This document shows positions 51,001 to 64,000 of a DNA stretch of 64,000 bases, piece after piece. The notes beneath the pieces were generated by a model. It worked only from the letters and a program-made list of their open reading frames with translations, made no database searches and was not told where the DNA came from. Source of the stretch: Chrysomallon squamiferum (Eukaryota; Animalia; Mollusca). Each line of letters opens with the position of its first letter. The first letter of the stretch is position 1. The DNA lies in assembly GCA_012295275.1 (NCBI GenBank), contig CM022665.1:32984001-33048000 (forward strand), read 5' to 3'. Position numbers and translations under genes: made by a program.

Positions 51001-54000
51001 ACAGGTACTTCACTAGGACAGCTGGTGCTGTAATTACACCTGCTATTGGATATTTCCAGTGATTATTTTTTCTTATTTCTTTAACAACTAACAATACTTT
51101 TAAGGTTCTGTTTATTTATTTAACTTTGATGTGATTTGTTGTGGACACTGCTATTATTTTAGTACTGTACTATACTAGTATGCTTTAGACAATGTCACCT
51201 GTAATCTTTCAAGCAAAGTGTAGGCTTCACTGTTCTAATATATTTATAAAAATTATATGGTAGGATAAATTGTAGGTTATTGTTTTTATCAAGATATGTA
51301 CAAGTATTAATCCTGTATTACAAATTGTTACTAAATAAGAAGTTAAAAGTTAAATTAAATTAACAAGTGTATAAAATAGTTGCAATCTCATCTTAATTAA
51401 CTGTTTGCAGTTAAGGGTTGTGTGTGATTAAAGAAAGGTAATAGAAAGTTGTTTTGTAATTAGATAAATTATAATTAATAACTAATCATGTGATTTGTTC
51501 TTTGTCATATATATCAAATGTTGTTCTTTCACTGTTATAGTAATTAGCACACACACACACACACACACACATGTATGTTATATGGGAATTAATGATGCAA
51601 AACCAGATCATTGTTACATATTTATTTCATTTGCATGTTATATCTTAATAATCATTTTTGATCTTATGATTGCAAGTTGTTATTATTTATTGCAAGTCTT
51701 GGCACAAATACCATTTCTTGTTAAAGATATTTAAATACTGACTTTACTTCATACACATGCATCATCAGGAGAAATTTTGGATAAACTGTGTTTTGTCAGT
51801 TACAGGATTCTATCTCATTTGACAGAGCAACTGGATTTAAAGTCTGTTACCTGTACCTGGGTAGGATTTACGTGAAATTAACTTATTGTCAGAAGGAAGA
51901 TAATGATGTACCATTTTACATTTTCTGGTCTTAATTACACTAAGGAAAAATATTCCCTTGATAACATAAAGAATATGTATATTTATGGTAAAAAATATCT
52001 TGAAATTTCAATCTGTTCTTATTTATTTTTATAGAGTTTGGTGAATTTGTTTTCAAGGCTGACTGTTGACAATATTGGTTATGTGGACTGGACACCATAT
52101 ATCCCTATGGTAAAGTACACTGACAATACAGAAATTAATAAGAATCATGGTGATTAGATCATAACAAAATATAAAATTTTAAAAGATTTTATCTAACTTT
52201 TAAATTAAAATAATTCTATCTAAATATTATTTTTTCTTTTTTTCCTCTTAAAACCAGTAGTAATATTTTAGTCAAACAACTGCAGATAAAATTCTTGTTA
52301 TTTAAAACTAGTTATGTTTACATTACATACTTAATAAATAATGTAATTTTATTTATTCTTATTGGTAGATATTCACCCGTTTTTTAAGAAGTTTTAATTT
52401 GCCAGTAGGCAAGCAGCCAGTTATCTCTAACAAAACCAACCACTGTTATGAGGTTCAGTCAACAGCAGTCTGGATTGTCTCCATGTTGGTAAGTCCAATT
52501 ATTATCATTCATTTCACTGGGCTTTCATTAGAAATACAAATATAAATGATTCCTGCCATTTTTTCGGTTATTATTTCTTTACCATGAATTGTGTTATGCA
52601 ATTTATATTTACTTTATTTTCCACTTTCATAAGTTTTTGTTAGAAGTTCTGAAATAGTAGTTGTGAAAAACTGGAAAAACTGTATAAGCTGCTAAACGTA
52701 AACCATACTTAAACTAAGATTAAGAAAGCTTGTTTATATTTCAGCATTGAATTAACTAATTTTTTTATGAACAGGAACTAAAACAAAAAATATGTAAACA
52801 GTTTGGTTTCCTTTTAATTACAGGGTGGACCCAATAATCTAGCACAGATGCATTTAGATCAGCTGTTTAAAGCTCTTCAGTCCTTCTACCACCCATCAAA
52901 TGTTGGTAGATGGAATGTAAGTCATTTTATATTAGCTATTTTAATAAGTTTTTTTATTTGTTCATTCCTTAATACAATCATATTTGTCTTTAGCTTAAAT
53001 ACATTTTCTTATTATATAATAATCATTAAAAGTTCAGGTTCCAGTAAACCTCTTTAAGGCAACATGCAGCAGTAGAAGATGTGAAATTTGGGTCAGTTTA
53101 TAGTTTTTTGCAGATTTACATTCCTGAACGTGTCTGCTTTCAGGTCTGAAACCTCAGTTTCATTAAAAATGTTATTTTTAAGCAATAAAAATGTATTAAC
53201 TAACTCTCTCCTGTCAACATTTGCATTCATTTACTCTCAAAAGTGCTTGAAAAAGTGACATTTCAGACCTTTGTCAGTTTGTTGCAGCCATTTTCTTTAT
53301 ACTAGTGATCAAGTATTGCATACAGAACTGACACATATTACTTCCCTTGTACTATTTTGGAGAGTCAGTCATTGTAACTAGGTCACATTCAGATAATAAT
53401 TCATTTTCTAAGCCTACCATTCAACAGAATGTTCAGTTACAAAGTATGAAGTGGAAAGTGCATATCCAGTTTGCCAGATTGGAATCACATAACCAATACA
53501 TCTCTAAAAAATGGCAGTTGTTTATTTTGACATTAGACTCGCAGTGATTGCAGACAAATGGCTCTTGTGAAGAAATCTGCACAGAAAATGGCTTTGAAAG
53601 AAAACATCTAGCTTATGCAAGACAGGGCAAAGCAAGTAAGCAAAGCAGCATTGTGACTAGAATCGATGTTGAATCTGACTGCATGTCAGTTGCCTCCATC
53701 TTTGTTTACTTCAGCACCTTTGATATCAGAATCCTTTGTTTTGGGCAATAAAACTCAAACATATTTTAAACAGGAAACATATATAACAATGTACTTGTTG
53801 CTGAGTGACTGGCTGATAATTTGAAGTTTTCAAGGATCTAAACATGTTTTTCATGTTATTTTTGCTTTTTTCTCACATTCCATTTTTCAATTTGCATTGA
53901 CACTGAAATCAATTCTAATGAAACTTGGCACTCTTGTACATTAGTATCTTGTTGACATTACAATAGAGATTTTGCTGATATTTTGATACTTTTCACTTTA

Positions 54001-57000
54001 CAAAGGTTGATTGCTTAAAAAAGCACACGGTTTATGATTTCAGAAAAAAACAAATTAATAAGCATGAGCCAGAAAATCTCTCTGTTGCATTGTCAACATG
54101 TACGCAATGTACACCTCTGCCAAAAATTGTTTGTGTGGATGTATTTTGTAGCTGAAAAATCAGTTTTTAAAAATTAATGTTCTGGCTGTTTATCTCAGTT
54201 TCCATGACAACACCAAGAAGTAAACTTGAACAGATAGCATTTTTACATTTAGGATTCATAGCATTATCATTAATATCCATTAAACTTGTTTACTTTAGCT
54301 ATTTTAAAATTTAAAATTTACTGCTGCACATTGCCTTAATTATTTTTTTACATTAGTGTCCACATTATCAGTTCAAGTTATTTTTTAGGAAATTACTTTT
54401 ACATCATAAAGTGAGAGTTAGAACCAATAAGTTCAGTACAGCTTTTTAAAATGTTTGATCTATTTAATTTAGCAAATAAGTCATATCTGATTATGAAATT
54501 TATCATTTCCATTAATTAACCTCAATTTATTTTGTATCTGCTTTGTGGGTTTTAAAAACACACCTGATCATTATTCACCAGTTTCACTACTTGCTATAAC
54601 CAAATTGTCTCTTACTATTTTTTAATGTAGTGTATACTGCACATTAATTTAAACATACTAATAGCCAAACATGTTTATTTTATAACTCTATCCCTAACTG
54701 TACACAGATGTATAAATACAAAAACCCAAGAAAATAGCTGGAAAAGTTCATAGAGTTATTTTGCTCTAAAGCACAATGGTCATCAATAACACATAATAAG
54801 ATATACATAAGCAGGTGTCCTTTTCTATAATTGAAATGTTTTAATTTATTATCAGTCTTTAACACTTAAATGGCTCACACATTTGTCCTTAGCATGTCTT
54901 ATCTGTCATTTAGCATTTTATTTTCTTTGATCAGCAGTAACTGGAAACAACTGAACACTTTTGGTTATTTGATATAACTGAGATTACATATTCTTAATTT
55001 TTTTAATTTTTAATTTTAATTTCTTTTTTTTTGTAGTTGGCTACACTTTAATAGACTATTAAACAAAATATCCTGAGTAATTATTGTTTGAAAGATAATA
55101 TGAATAATGTATTGTAAAAATGAATGAATTACATTTGTTAATTAAGAGCACAGCATTATCCAAGCAGCAACGACATTATTAATACTTTTGTCAAAAGGTA
55201 CAGTGACTGACAAACATTTATGCTGAAAAGATGGGTAAATGAAACTAAGGATAGTTGGATTTTTATTAATACTGAACATGACAAAAACAAATATTTGTAT
55301 CCTGTTTAAATGAATATTGGGCAAAAATTAATTTTTGATAAAAAATGTCATTATCATTATGATCATCATCATCATTATTATTGTTATTATGTCACATTTA
55401 TATTGCACTCATTCCTTGCTGAATATGTTCAAGATGCTTTACAGTTGTCACGGGGCCCATACCATTAAACATCTTGGATGTTATATTAACACTCAGCCTA
55501 GGGTAACAAGGTGCTTTAATGGCCACCTAACAAGGAATATTAATAGACCTAACAGTCTATATAAATCAATAATTCTATCTATCCACTAGAGAAATAAAAA
55601 CAACACAAGTTAATTATTTAATTGATATACAGGTGACTTGATAATAATATGCTATACAATGAATAAAATATACATTTAAGTAATTTTGATTAATGATACG
55701 AGTAGGGTCATATGGGGAATCAAGACAAATAAGAATCTACACGGAGGACAGATTAAAACATTAAAATTTTAGGTATGTTAAATGTTACTGACATGGGTTA
55801 ATTGCACATTATACCTATCAAAATAAGAATAGACAATGGCTTACCATACTCATTTGTATAGACACTGTCATCCAGAAACATTGGTTCCCCTCCTGACTGA
55901 GTTCATGTGTTGGCCTTTTCCTTCTCTGCTTAATTACTAAGTGCTAGCCCTTTTATAACAATGCCATGGAGTTAAAAAATTGGCAGAAAAATTAAAAAGT
56001 GAGGACGTGATTTAAGTTAAACTTTGTTATGCAATTTGAATTCCATGGCATAAAAAATATAAAGTGTGGATGTGACTGAAGTAAAAATTAGTTACGCAAT
56101 TTGGATTCCATGACATAAAAATAATCAGGCGGATGTCACAGAAAGAAGTTTGTTACGCAGTCTGAATTCTGTGACAGCAGTCTAAAAGTAATACTATTAA
56201 AAAATAACTGACATAGACATTAATATATTAAATGAATATAAAAATAAAGGTGAACATGATAAAATCAATTTACAAATAATGGAATAGTGGTTATAATATT
56301 GTTTAAATTAATGAATAGACTAAACTGAACATCTAATATTAAAAGAATAGCATTTTACTAAATATTAACTAAGTGGATTAGAAAGAAATTAGTCTTTTGC
56401 GATGTTTTAAATGTAGCCATTGTTTCAGCACCCTGATGATGCTGGGAGGTGAGTTCCACAAATTCAGTGTGGCATAACAAAAACACCTTGTGCCACAATA
56501 TAGTTGTTTTAATTCTCAATGTTACAAAACTTACACATACTGTGATCATAGAGTCCTGTTTGGCCGGTACCACTTCCTTTTACATTTGGGGCACTCCTGT
56601 GTTCATTTGGAAAAGGTTTTTCTGATGCATGTTCTGTTAACAGTATGTCACAACCAGGTCTTAGTCAAACTTGTTTATGAGATTGTCTTGTTCTGTTTAA
56701 TGGCTTGTTAAAACCACACAGCAGTCAGTAGGTTTATATAATATTCTGGTGACAGACACAATCAACTGTTTGATACTGTCAAAGTTAACTCCACTTGAAT
56801 TTGTCTTTGCTTCTTCATCCTCTTAGCATCCATGTTTCTTCACCATCCTTTAAAATAATGCTTTTGAATTCAGCAACTGATTGTCTAATTGCCAAGAGCT
56901 GGTCCTGGTTCTAAGTGGTGGTAAACTGATTAGTCTGTGTTTTCCAGTTGGGACCCATGGCAAGCCGGTCTGTGGATGAAGGGACAAATACAATTGATAA

Positions 57001-60000
57001 CATAGCAAATATTTTTCAGGAAGGGACCATTACACAGATGAGATTCTTGTTGTTAAGATTTGTTTTTCTCACCTTTGATATATATATCATGCCTAATAGA
57101 TTTTATTTGGCATTGTATAAAAATAACAAAAAAATCATTTTGAAAACTAAAAAAAGTAAAAAATAATTCTGCATTACCTTCAGGTCATTAAAATTTCCAT
57201 TTACTTCGTAGTGTTACCTTGAGAAACATACCAATAATTTTAATGATTGTTTTTATTTTTAGGTGAGGCTCAGCTCACTTCTTACAGCATTGCCCAAAAG
57301 TTTTATCAGAAGAGTTCATAGGTAAAAATCATTTAATTTATATACTATCCAAACAAAGTAGGTGATATTCCATTTCTGATATATAATTCTGGAAGATGCT
57401 ACTGCATAAGCTGAAAAGAAGTATGCACCATGTTAGAATATTCAATACCTGTCATACAACAATCATATGCAGGCATTTTGCACACTGGCCATATGAATGT
57501 CATACGGTTCACTGCGAGATAAGGAGCATGCCATGTCAAATTCATGCCTGTCTTGCAAACAAAGGGAGATTAACTCAGTACTGACTGCATTTTCACTTTA
57601 TGGAAAATTGGGTGTCTGACAGTAGATCACATGAAATCCCAGGTCCGCTGAAGCCTATTGAACAACATCAGATAACACCCTAGCATGTAACATGGTTAAT
57701 TGCATTAAAATACTAAAATCTTTCCTTTTGATGTCTCATTCTTATGAGATATTCCCTACTTTTTTAATAGTATATTTTATTTGCAAACTATTACAGTTTC
57801 GTATTACAAATATATATATATCTGCAAACAGTAGTTTTATGGCAAAGAGTTCCTATATGTATCAATATTAAATGATTGTGACAATCTGCATTCTGCATAA
57901 TATTTCATTTACATGTATTATTTATGTTTATATACTTACTATTCACAGCATTTCTTTCATTGTTTGATATACAGTAGCATACATTACTTAGTTTGTAGGA
58001 ACATAATGTGTTTTTTTTGTTTTACTGCATCCTAGAGATTTTGCTTTAGACATTATATAGTGTATTTGATATAGTTGATTATTTTTACTATTTCAAGGGA
58101 ACGGTATGCAAAGCCATGTTGGCAGAATTGTGTTCCAGACAGCCATAAATTAACTGAAGATAATATTACTCATTTTGTTGAATGCTTGAAGCCAGTTGTG
58201 TTTGTTGCAATGTTTGGTAAGAGTGGGAGTCAGGATGCATCCATTGCATTGCGCTATCTCTCTACAATGAGACCTGAGTTGATGGTTCCCAATCTTCTAG
58301 AGCAGTGAGTAGTATTGGGTTTGAATAACAATAAACCGTATTACTGATTTTTTCAGATTTAATTCAGTAAACATAAATTAAATCAGTATCAAGATTGAAA
58401 CTAATTACCAAAAAAAAAAAAAAAAAAAAAATGAAAATAATTAATTTTAAACAAGTTCTGAAAAAAACACCCACTTAAATAACTAAATAATATGTTTATT
58501 TCAGAGTTGTTTTTCCTTGACACAAAATATTAGCAATGGATTAAGAATTATAATGTCAAAAACATGAAATTAAAAGCTTTTCTTAAAATTAAACATTTGT
58601 CATCCAAGTTTGATTTTTGTTTAACAGTATGTACCCTGCAATGGAGACACTTATTGAACCACACCGACTGATTGCTTGTATGAACTGTGTTGTGGCTGTG
58701 GTGAGACCAATGCTGAGAGCTGGAAAATGGTATCCAGAAGGACCACTCCATGTGCTTCCACTACTCAACAGATCTCTTCTTGGAATTGATTCAAATGATT
58801 TCAAAAAATGTTTGGTATGTAATAGTTCAGAACTTTTTATAAAGAATAATAAATCAGCATACTTTCAGCAGTTTTTTCCTCTCTAATTTATACTTTATTT
58901 TATAATTTTAAGCAGTTTATTATTCAGGTATCCAAAACACTTAAAACTGAATTTATGAAAGGCGTCCCTTAACTGCATATAAGTACCACAAACTCTTCAG
59001 TATATCTTAGAAACTGAATTTCAAAACATGTCTAAGTTAGACACATGCATTTGAAATTCTCTGACATATTTAAATGTATAAAAGGAGTTGTTAAGATCCA
59101 ATTAACTGACACTTCACTACATAGACCCATGCTGAACAATGCTGACATAACACACTTCTTCCTTTGCACCAATGAATATATTTTTCTTTGTTGATATAGT
59201 ACATACAGTATATTGCAGGCAACATACTACCTATTAATCCATTGAGGGACAGCACCTGTATGTCAAAAGAAACTATATTTCATGCATTTTCCTATCTATC
59301 CCCTCCCCCAGTCAGGCAACATGTAAATTGTAATGCAATAAGATGGTTTGTAACCATTTTATGCTTTTCATCCTTGTGGTGTGTCAAGAGCGTGGGTCAG
59401 CTCATGATTTCAGAATATTTGAGTTGTTTTTGTGTTGTACAACTTAGAAGAGGAAAGGCAAAGAGTTTTCAGCCTAGGGTCTGGTGTATACATGTACTAC
59501 ATATATGTTTATACCTGTATGTTATCATAGAAATGAAGCAGAAGCAAGGTACAACTGTGCACAGATGTCGTTGGATTTGGAAGAATAGATTTCCTTGCAC
59601 TGATAAAGAAATTACACTGACAAGCATGGAGGGCAGCCACATCACTTATCATTGGTGCTTTGGTAAACTCTGAATCCAGCATTTGGCAGCACTGTGTTTC
59701 CTCTCTTTTCTGAATGTTCCTAAATTGTATGTTGAATTCCACATAACTGTAATTAAATGCATTGTGTTCATTATTAAACATTTGCTTCCTTTGTTACTTT
59801 GACATTCAATGTTCTGCATTTGTATTTCAGTAATGGACGTGTTTGTTCATCTGCACAATTTGACAAAGCAGAGAAATGATGAGGTCATTTATGTCTGCAA
59901 AGATTTATCAATAAGCATTTTTCATAAAATAACACATGCATAAGTACATAAATCAGTAAGTTCACAAATAGGTATATGCTCACACGCTTATATATACATA

Positions 60001-63000
60001 TTTCATACATATGTGCATGTATGTATAGCAACAGATATAACAGTAAGGTGTCAGTAACAATTTTATTACCAATCTGTATGAAGTTGTGGGGTTTTTTTGT
60101 TTTGTTTTTTTAAAGTTTTCCTATTATATGCCCTTTTCATAGTCTGAACAGCTATTCTTTTAATTTCATTTTTGCTTCAGGCTCTCTTTCACTTAACGTA
60201 ATGCTTCATCTCTCTTCTTCAGTACTATTGAAGTATCTCAAGGATCTGATAATTCTTACATTTACTAAATACTTGTATCATATCATACTCCTAACACCAA
60301 CTAAGTGTCAAAAAAGATAATCACGAATAGTTTGAATGCAAATGAAATTAACCTGATGGATACCTGTATTTGTTTCATTGTTGAAATATTGTATGATCTT
60401 TATCTACAGCTTGATCTTCATACATTAAAAAAGATCATCTGAAATACATGTTTTAACATTTTACATAATCCCACATACATTTTGACACAGTACTGAACAT
60501 TCAGAGCTGGTATTTGAAACATAATGTCTGTTAATAATTGTTTCAGTAGTGTGGTTTCTGACATTATTGAACATGCATTATGAAATAGAGAATCTGTTCT
60601 TTTCTCTCTGTCTCTCTCACACACACACACATACACATACACACAACATTTAAACACTCAACAAATTGTGATTAGAGGATTGAAAATAATATTTTATCAA
60701 TAGACAGACACATAGAATAATATGTACCAAAAATGCTAGAATCTAATATATTATCAAAAACATCTGTTGAGTTGGCATCTCAGTTATCATTGTTCCAGAA
60801 GTTAGGTACTACTCCAGATCTCCAACTGTGATGTTTAAAATGGCCAGTATCTATTCTCCAATATTACCAACAGATTTTCTTCCTGTCTCATGTATCAAAC
60901 ATTTTTTTTACCCTGGCTATGTCCTGGCTTTAGTTTTATTTGACACTACAACTCTGAAAATTACAATCTTAGTAATTCTATCCCATACTAACTGCTTCCT
61001 TAAGTTTAGGTTTACTGTCACTCCTTTTATCTTCTATAACATTTTTATGACTTGTTATTAATTCAATTAACACCATTCATAATGGGAATAATTTTCTATT
61101 CGTTATTTTTTTTCAGATATCTTTCTTGTACAATGGTATCTGATCAGGTTTTAGTTTCCTACGTGTGTGCCTTGAAAATGGTTTCTTTATTTCAAATAAT
61201 ATTTTAAATTACACATTGCATATATCATATGTTTTGATCTTAATTATTAATATTTTATGAAAATTACCTTGCATAGTTATATGCAAGTGATAATATAGAT
61301 GAAGACTACAAAAGTAACATTCTGATTTCTTATAACACATGATTATAGATGGATTGCAAGTTGCATGTGTTCATCTTTTAATAATAAATGATAAATGCAG
61401 ATGTTTAGATACATGCATACCAGTGTAATTTTTGTTTTTGTTTTTTAGGCTTATATGCACTTAAGATAAGTGCACAATGATCACCTTTTATAAATTTAGC
61501 CTTCAGTTTTATTATTTGTTTGCTAGTTAGTAATGTTAAAACTTTTCCTTTTTGCACCTCTTCCTCGTGAGAAACCTGACACTCAAAATTTAAATTGTTC
61601 AATATTCCTTAAATCATTTAAATTAAATGTTTTTACATATGCTATATCCATAAAGATAATGTTAATAATTTTTTGTATTTGAGCTACAATTTCTTTATCA
61701 GTGGGTTTTATTGTTAATGGTTTTCATATTTTGTTTATTTAGATCACATTCCAGATGATTTCCACATTTGTATCTGTGGTTCCCATTGTGGATTGTTCAG
61801 ATGCAGTGCATGTCAGAAATGATCTCACAGAGGTGAATTTGTAATTATTTTGATTTAATATTTTTTAAATAAAGTTTTTAGATAAAACTGATTAGCATGG
61901 ACATTTCTTACCTCTAAAGCAATAGTATGAATAAATGGACCACAGCATTCACTCATTGTTATTCATTTAATTTAAGAAACACAAAAGTCTAAATATGTAA
62001 ATAATTGCTGCAAATGAATAAACCGTTTTCTTTGTACTATTTATCCAGTAGAAATTAATCATGTTCAGTGACAAAACCTGTTTTATTACTGATTTTGTAT
62101 TATTTAAATCAGGGGTGTGCAAACTTTCTGATCTTACAGGCTGCAGCACTTTAACTTCACTGGCACTATGGCCACACAAATTTTATGTAAACATATGTAA
62201 CATATATGATTTTACATAATTTTCTAACATTGAACCTCTGTGACTTAATGCTGCATATAAATAATGGGTACGTTTACATGTTTCCACAAGAACTGGCTTC
62301 ATCCCTCTATGATTCCCATTAAAGTAAAAATAAAACAGTTATTAATATTGGGTCATTCCGTGTCAAATCACCCAATGGTTTAAACCCGACCGTCTCAGAT
62401 TTTTATGAAACTTGGTATACTTGATTACTGGGATCCCACAGCACCAAATTTTAGCCCAATCAGACCAGTGGTGTGGGAGATACGGCCCACCGAATTTTGA
62501 GATTTTTGCCAAAAATGGGTGTGACCACCAACCTTAGAACCCTCATATCTCAGCAACTACTGGGCCAATCTTCATAAAATTGGTATTGTTAGAAAGGCAG
62601 AATGACAAGGATTCCAAATCTGCCATTTTTGTTTAGTTTGGAAAATATTGGAGTACCTTGACCTTTTGACCTTTGCTATGACCTTGAAATTGACCGTGTG
62701 GATCACGTGATCTTGAGATGACCTTTATTGAAATTTAATCTCCCACATGTTAACTAAAACATATAAAAGTTTCCTGGGTGTAATATTTTTGGTTTAGCCA
62801 CAATATAGATTTAAAAAATGCACATACATGAAAATAACACCTTTTCAGCCATTAACATCTGATTAACTAAAGCCTGAATGATCAATTCTGGATGCTAGGA
62901 ATCACCATCTCTCTTGATCATCGAGTAAGACATTTTCAAGGTCATAGCAAAGGTCAAAAGGTCAAGGTACTCCAATATTTTCCAAACTAAACAAAAATGG

Positions 63001-63946
63001 CAGATTTGGAATCCTTGTCATTCTGCCTTTCTAACAATAACAATTTTATGAAGATTGGCCCAGTAGTTGCTGAGATATGAGGGTTCTAAGGTTGGTGGTC
63101 ACACCCATTTTTGGCAAAAATCTCAAAATTCGGTGGGCCGTATCTCCCACACCACTGATCCGATTGAGCTAATATTTCAGATTTGGTGCTGTGGGATCCC
63201 AGTAAACAAGTATACCAAGTTTTATAAAAATCTGAGACGGTTGGGTTTAAAAAAATTTTGGTGGGGGGGGGGTGATTTGACACGGAATGACCCTATTATT
63301 TATTTATTTTACTAAATAACAACTTTAAAACTGTCAGATCTAAAAATGAGTACTGGACACATCTGACAGTAATAGGAAATTCATGGTGTATGAGTGTTTA
63401 TTAAATGTGATAAGGCGATATCCTTCCCACGGAGCACCCCTGATTTAAAGTAAAGAGTCACAGATTTAATACTTAAAAAATTTGCTTGGTATACATCAAA
63501 TCTTTGTTTACAGTGATAGTTTAATGCATACTTTTTTTTTTTTTTTCATAGATGAAAGCAAATTTTATTTTGACATTCAAATATAAATGTTATTTTGACA
63601 TTCAAATATAAATGTTGACAACTGAAAACTGCTTTATATTTTCAAAAATTTTGGAATAATATTTGTAAAGTTAAACTAAAGAGTTTGGGGATTTTTGGTA
63701 GTAACTTGTATTAATACTTTTATTTATCAGTTGGATTAATACTGAAATAAAATGGTGCTTTTATAGATTTTTAGACAAAAAACAGATATTTGCTTTGACA
63801 CACATATTTGCAAACCATTCTTTTTATATGAGAAAATGGATCTTTAATTCAGTGAATAAACATTACATTTTTCTATTTCAGGAGGAAAGAGAGCAGTGTT
63901 CAGCAACTGCAGGCTTTGAGGATTGGGTTTTACAGTTTTTTGATAG
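44831..63946 (+). CDS. PSME4: Proteasome activator complex subunit 4 (PA200/Blm10), 5' part: 14 coding exons, gene continues beyond the window
   Basis: [114 protein letters not shown] match PSME4 as recalled; all junctions GT-AG with consistent phases. Confidence 0.97.
45183..45270 (+). mobile_element. 88-bp 5'-truncated LINE/SINE tail insertion with 10-bp TSD
   Basis: AGGTTACTGG at 45173-45182 and 45271-45280 flanks a sequence homologous to the reverse complement of 21838-21932, ending in (gtttcaa)2. Confidence 0.85.
48572..48712 (+). CDS. PSME4: PSME4 exon 2
   Basis: [23 protein letters not shown]...ISLLK. Confidence 0.93.
49137..49253 (+). CDS. PSME4: PSME4 exon 3
   Basis: [18 protein letters not shown]...LFP. 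Confidence 0.93.
49412..49456 (+). CDS. PSME4: PSME4 exon 4
   Basis: [14 protein letters not shown]. Confidence 0.9.
50189..50338 (+). CDS. PSME4: PSME4 exon 5
   Basis: [22 protein letters not shown]...HHRGFK. Confidence 0.95.
50689..50752 (+). CDS. PSME4: PSME4 exon 6
   Basis: [21 protein letters not shown]. Confidence 0.92.
52035..52109 (+). CDS. PSME4: PSME4 exon 7
   Basis: [25 protein letters not shown]. Confidence 0.93.
52369..52488 (+). CDS. PSME4: PSME4 exon 8
   Basis: [14 protein letters not shown]...WIVSML. Confidence 0.93.
52824..52916 (+). CDS. PSME4: PSME4 exon 9
   Basis: [31 protein letters not shown]. Confidence 0.94.
53058..54335. mobile_element. Non-autonomous Kolobok-like DNA transposon (TTAA TSD)
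   Basis: TTAA|GGCAACATGCAGCAGTA ... TACTGCTGCACATTGCC|TTAA: ~17-bp imperfect TIR, GG/CC termini, TTAA duplication. Confidence 0.8.
55446..56176 (+). mobile_element. Solo LTR-like element (731 bp; orientation arbitrary)
   Basis: TGTCAC...GTGACA termini; flanks ACAGT / GCAGT (5-bp TSD with one mismatch); two further copies in the window. Confidence 0.75.
56385..56530 (-). mobile_element. L2/CR1-group LINE ORF2 C-terminal relic
   Basis: Minus strand [17 protein letters not shown].../[17 protein letters not shown] matches the G.R.F....P.LWN.LP.....S...FK..LKT.LF tail. Confidence 0.6.
57263..57321 (+). CDS. PSME4: PSME4 exon 10
   Basis: [20 protein letters not shown]. Confidence 0.88.
58098..58304 (+). 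CDS. PSME4: PSME4 exon 11
   Basis: [19 protein letters not shown]...[11 protein letters not shown]. Confidence 0.93.
58628..58814 (+). CDS. PSME4: PSME4 exon 12
   Basis: [14 protein letters not shown]...[11 protein letters not shown]. Confidence 0.94.
61743..61832 (+). CDS. PSME4: PSME4 exon 13
   Basis: [19 protein letters not shown]...RNDLTE. Confidence 0.93.
62350..63293. mobile_element. Non-autonomous DNA transposon with ~340-bp TIRs, Sola2-like
   Basis: GGGTCATTCCGTGTCAAATCACCC ... GGGTGATTTGACACGGAATGACCC; inverted arms ~62350-62690 and ~62934-63293; TATT duplicated on both sides. Confidence 0.85.
63882..63946 (+). CDS. PSME4: PSME4 exon 14
   Basis: [21 protein letters not shown]. 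Confidence 0.92.
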
Positions 63947-64000
63947 GTTAAATTATAAGTTGTAATAATTTCAGTTTTATGTTTATACTGCTTAAAATTT

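Noticed and set aside
59242-59781. 143-aa and 90-aa ORFs in PSME4 intron 12
   Set aside because: Not needed for the PSME4 frame (exons 12 and 13 join directly) and no domain recognised.
63067-63315. ORFs on both strands near the window end
   Set aside because: They lie inside the TIR of the non-autonomous element; not a transposase.

Overview
AT-rich, intron-rich animal genomic DNA (probably a lophotrochozoan such as a mollusc, inferred from composition and repeat content only), read by hand without database searches. Three multi-exon genes can be spliced with consistent GT-AG sites and intron phases. (1) A minus-strand lambda-crystallin/L-gulonate 3-dehydrogenase (CRYL1)-like gene at 1078-4525, which has lost several cofactor and catalytic residues and carries a 2-nt frameshift in exon 5. 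(2) An unrecognised plus-strand gene at 27493-40158 encoding a ~588-aa secreted protein with a signal peptide, a PAN/apple-like Cys module and a long coiled coil. (3) The first 14 coding exons of PSME4/PA200 (44831 onward, continuing past the window). A decayed sushi/CCP-domain gene lies at ~17.7-23.9 kb. The rest is transposon debris: RNase H-bearing LINE fragments, a hAT transposase relic, a solo LTR with two relatives, Kolobok-like and Sola2-like TIR elements, a short 5'-truncated LINE insertion with a 10-bp TSD, microsatellites and TG-rich low-complexity tracts. There are no CRISPR arrays or prokaryotic systems, and most ORF-track entries are low-complexity artefacts.
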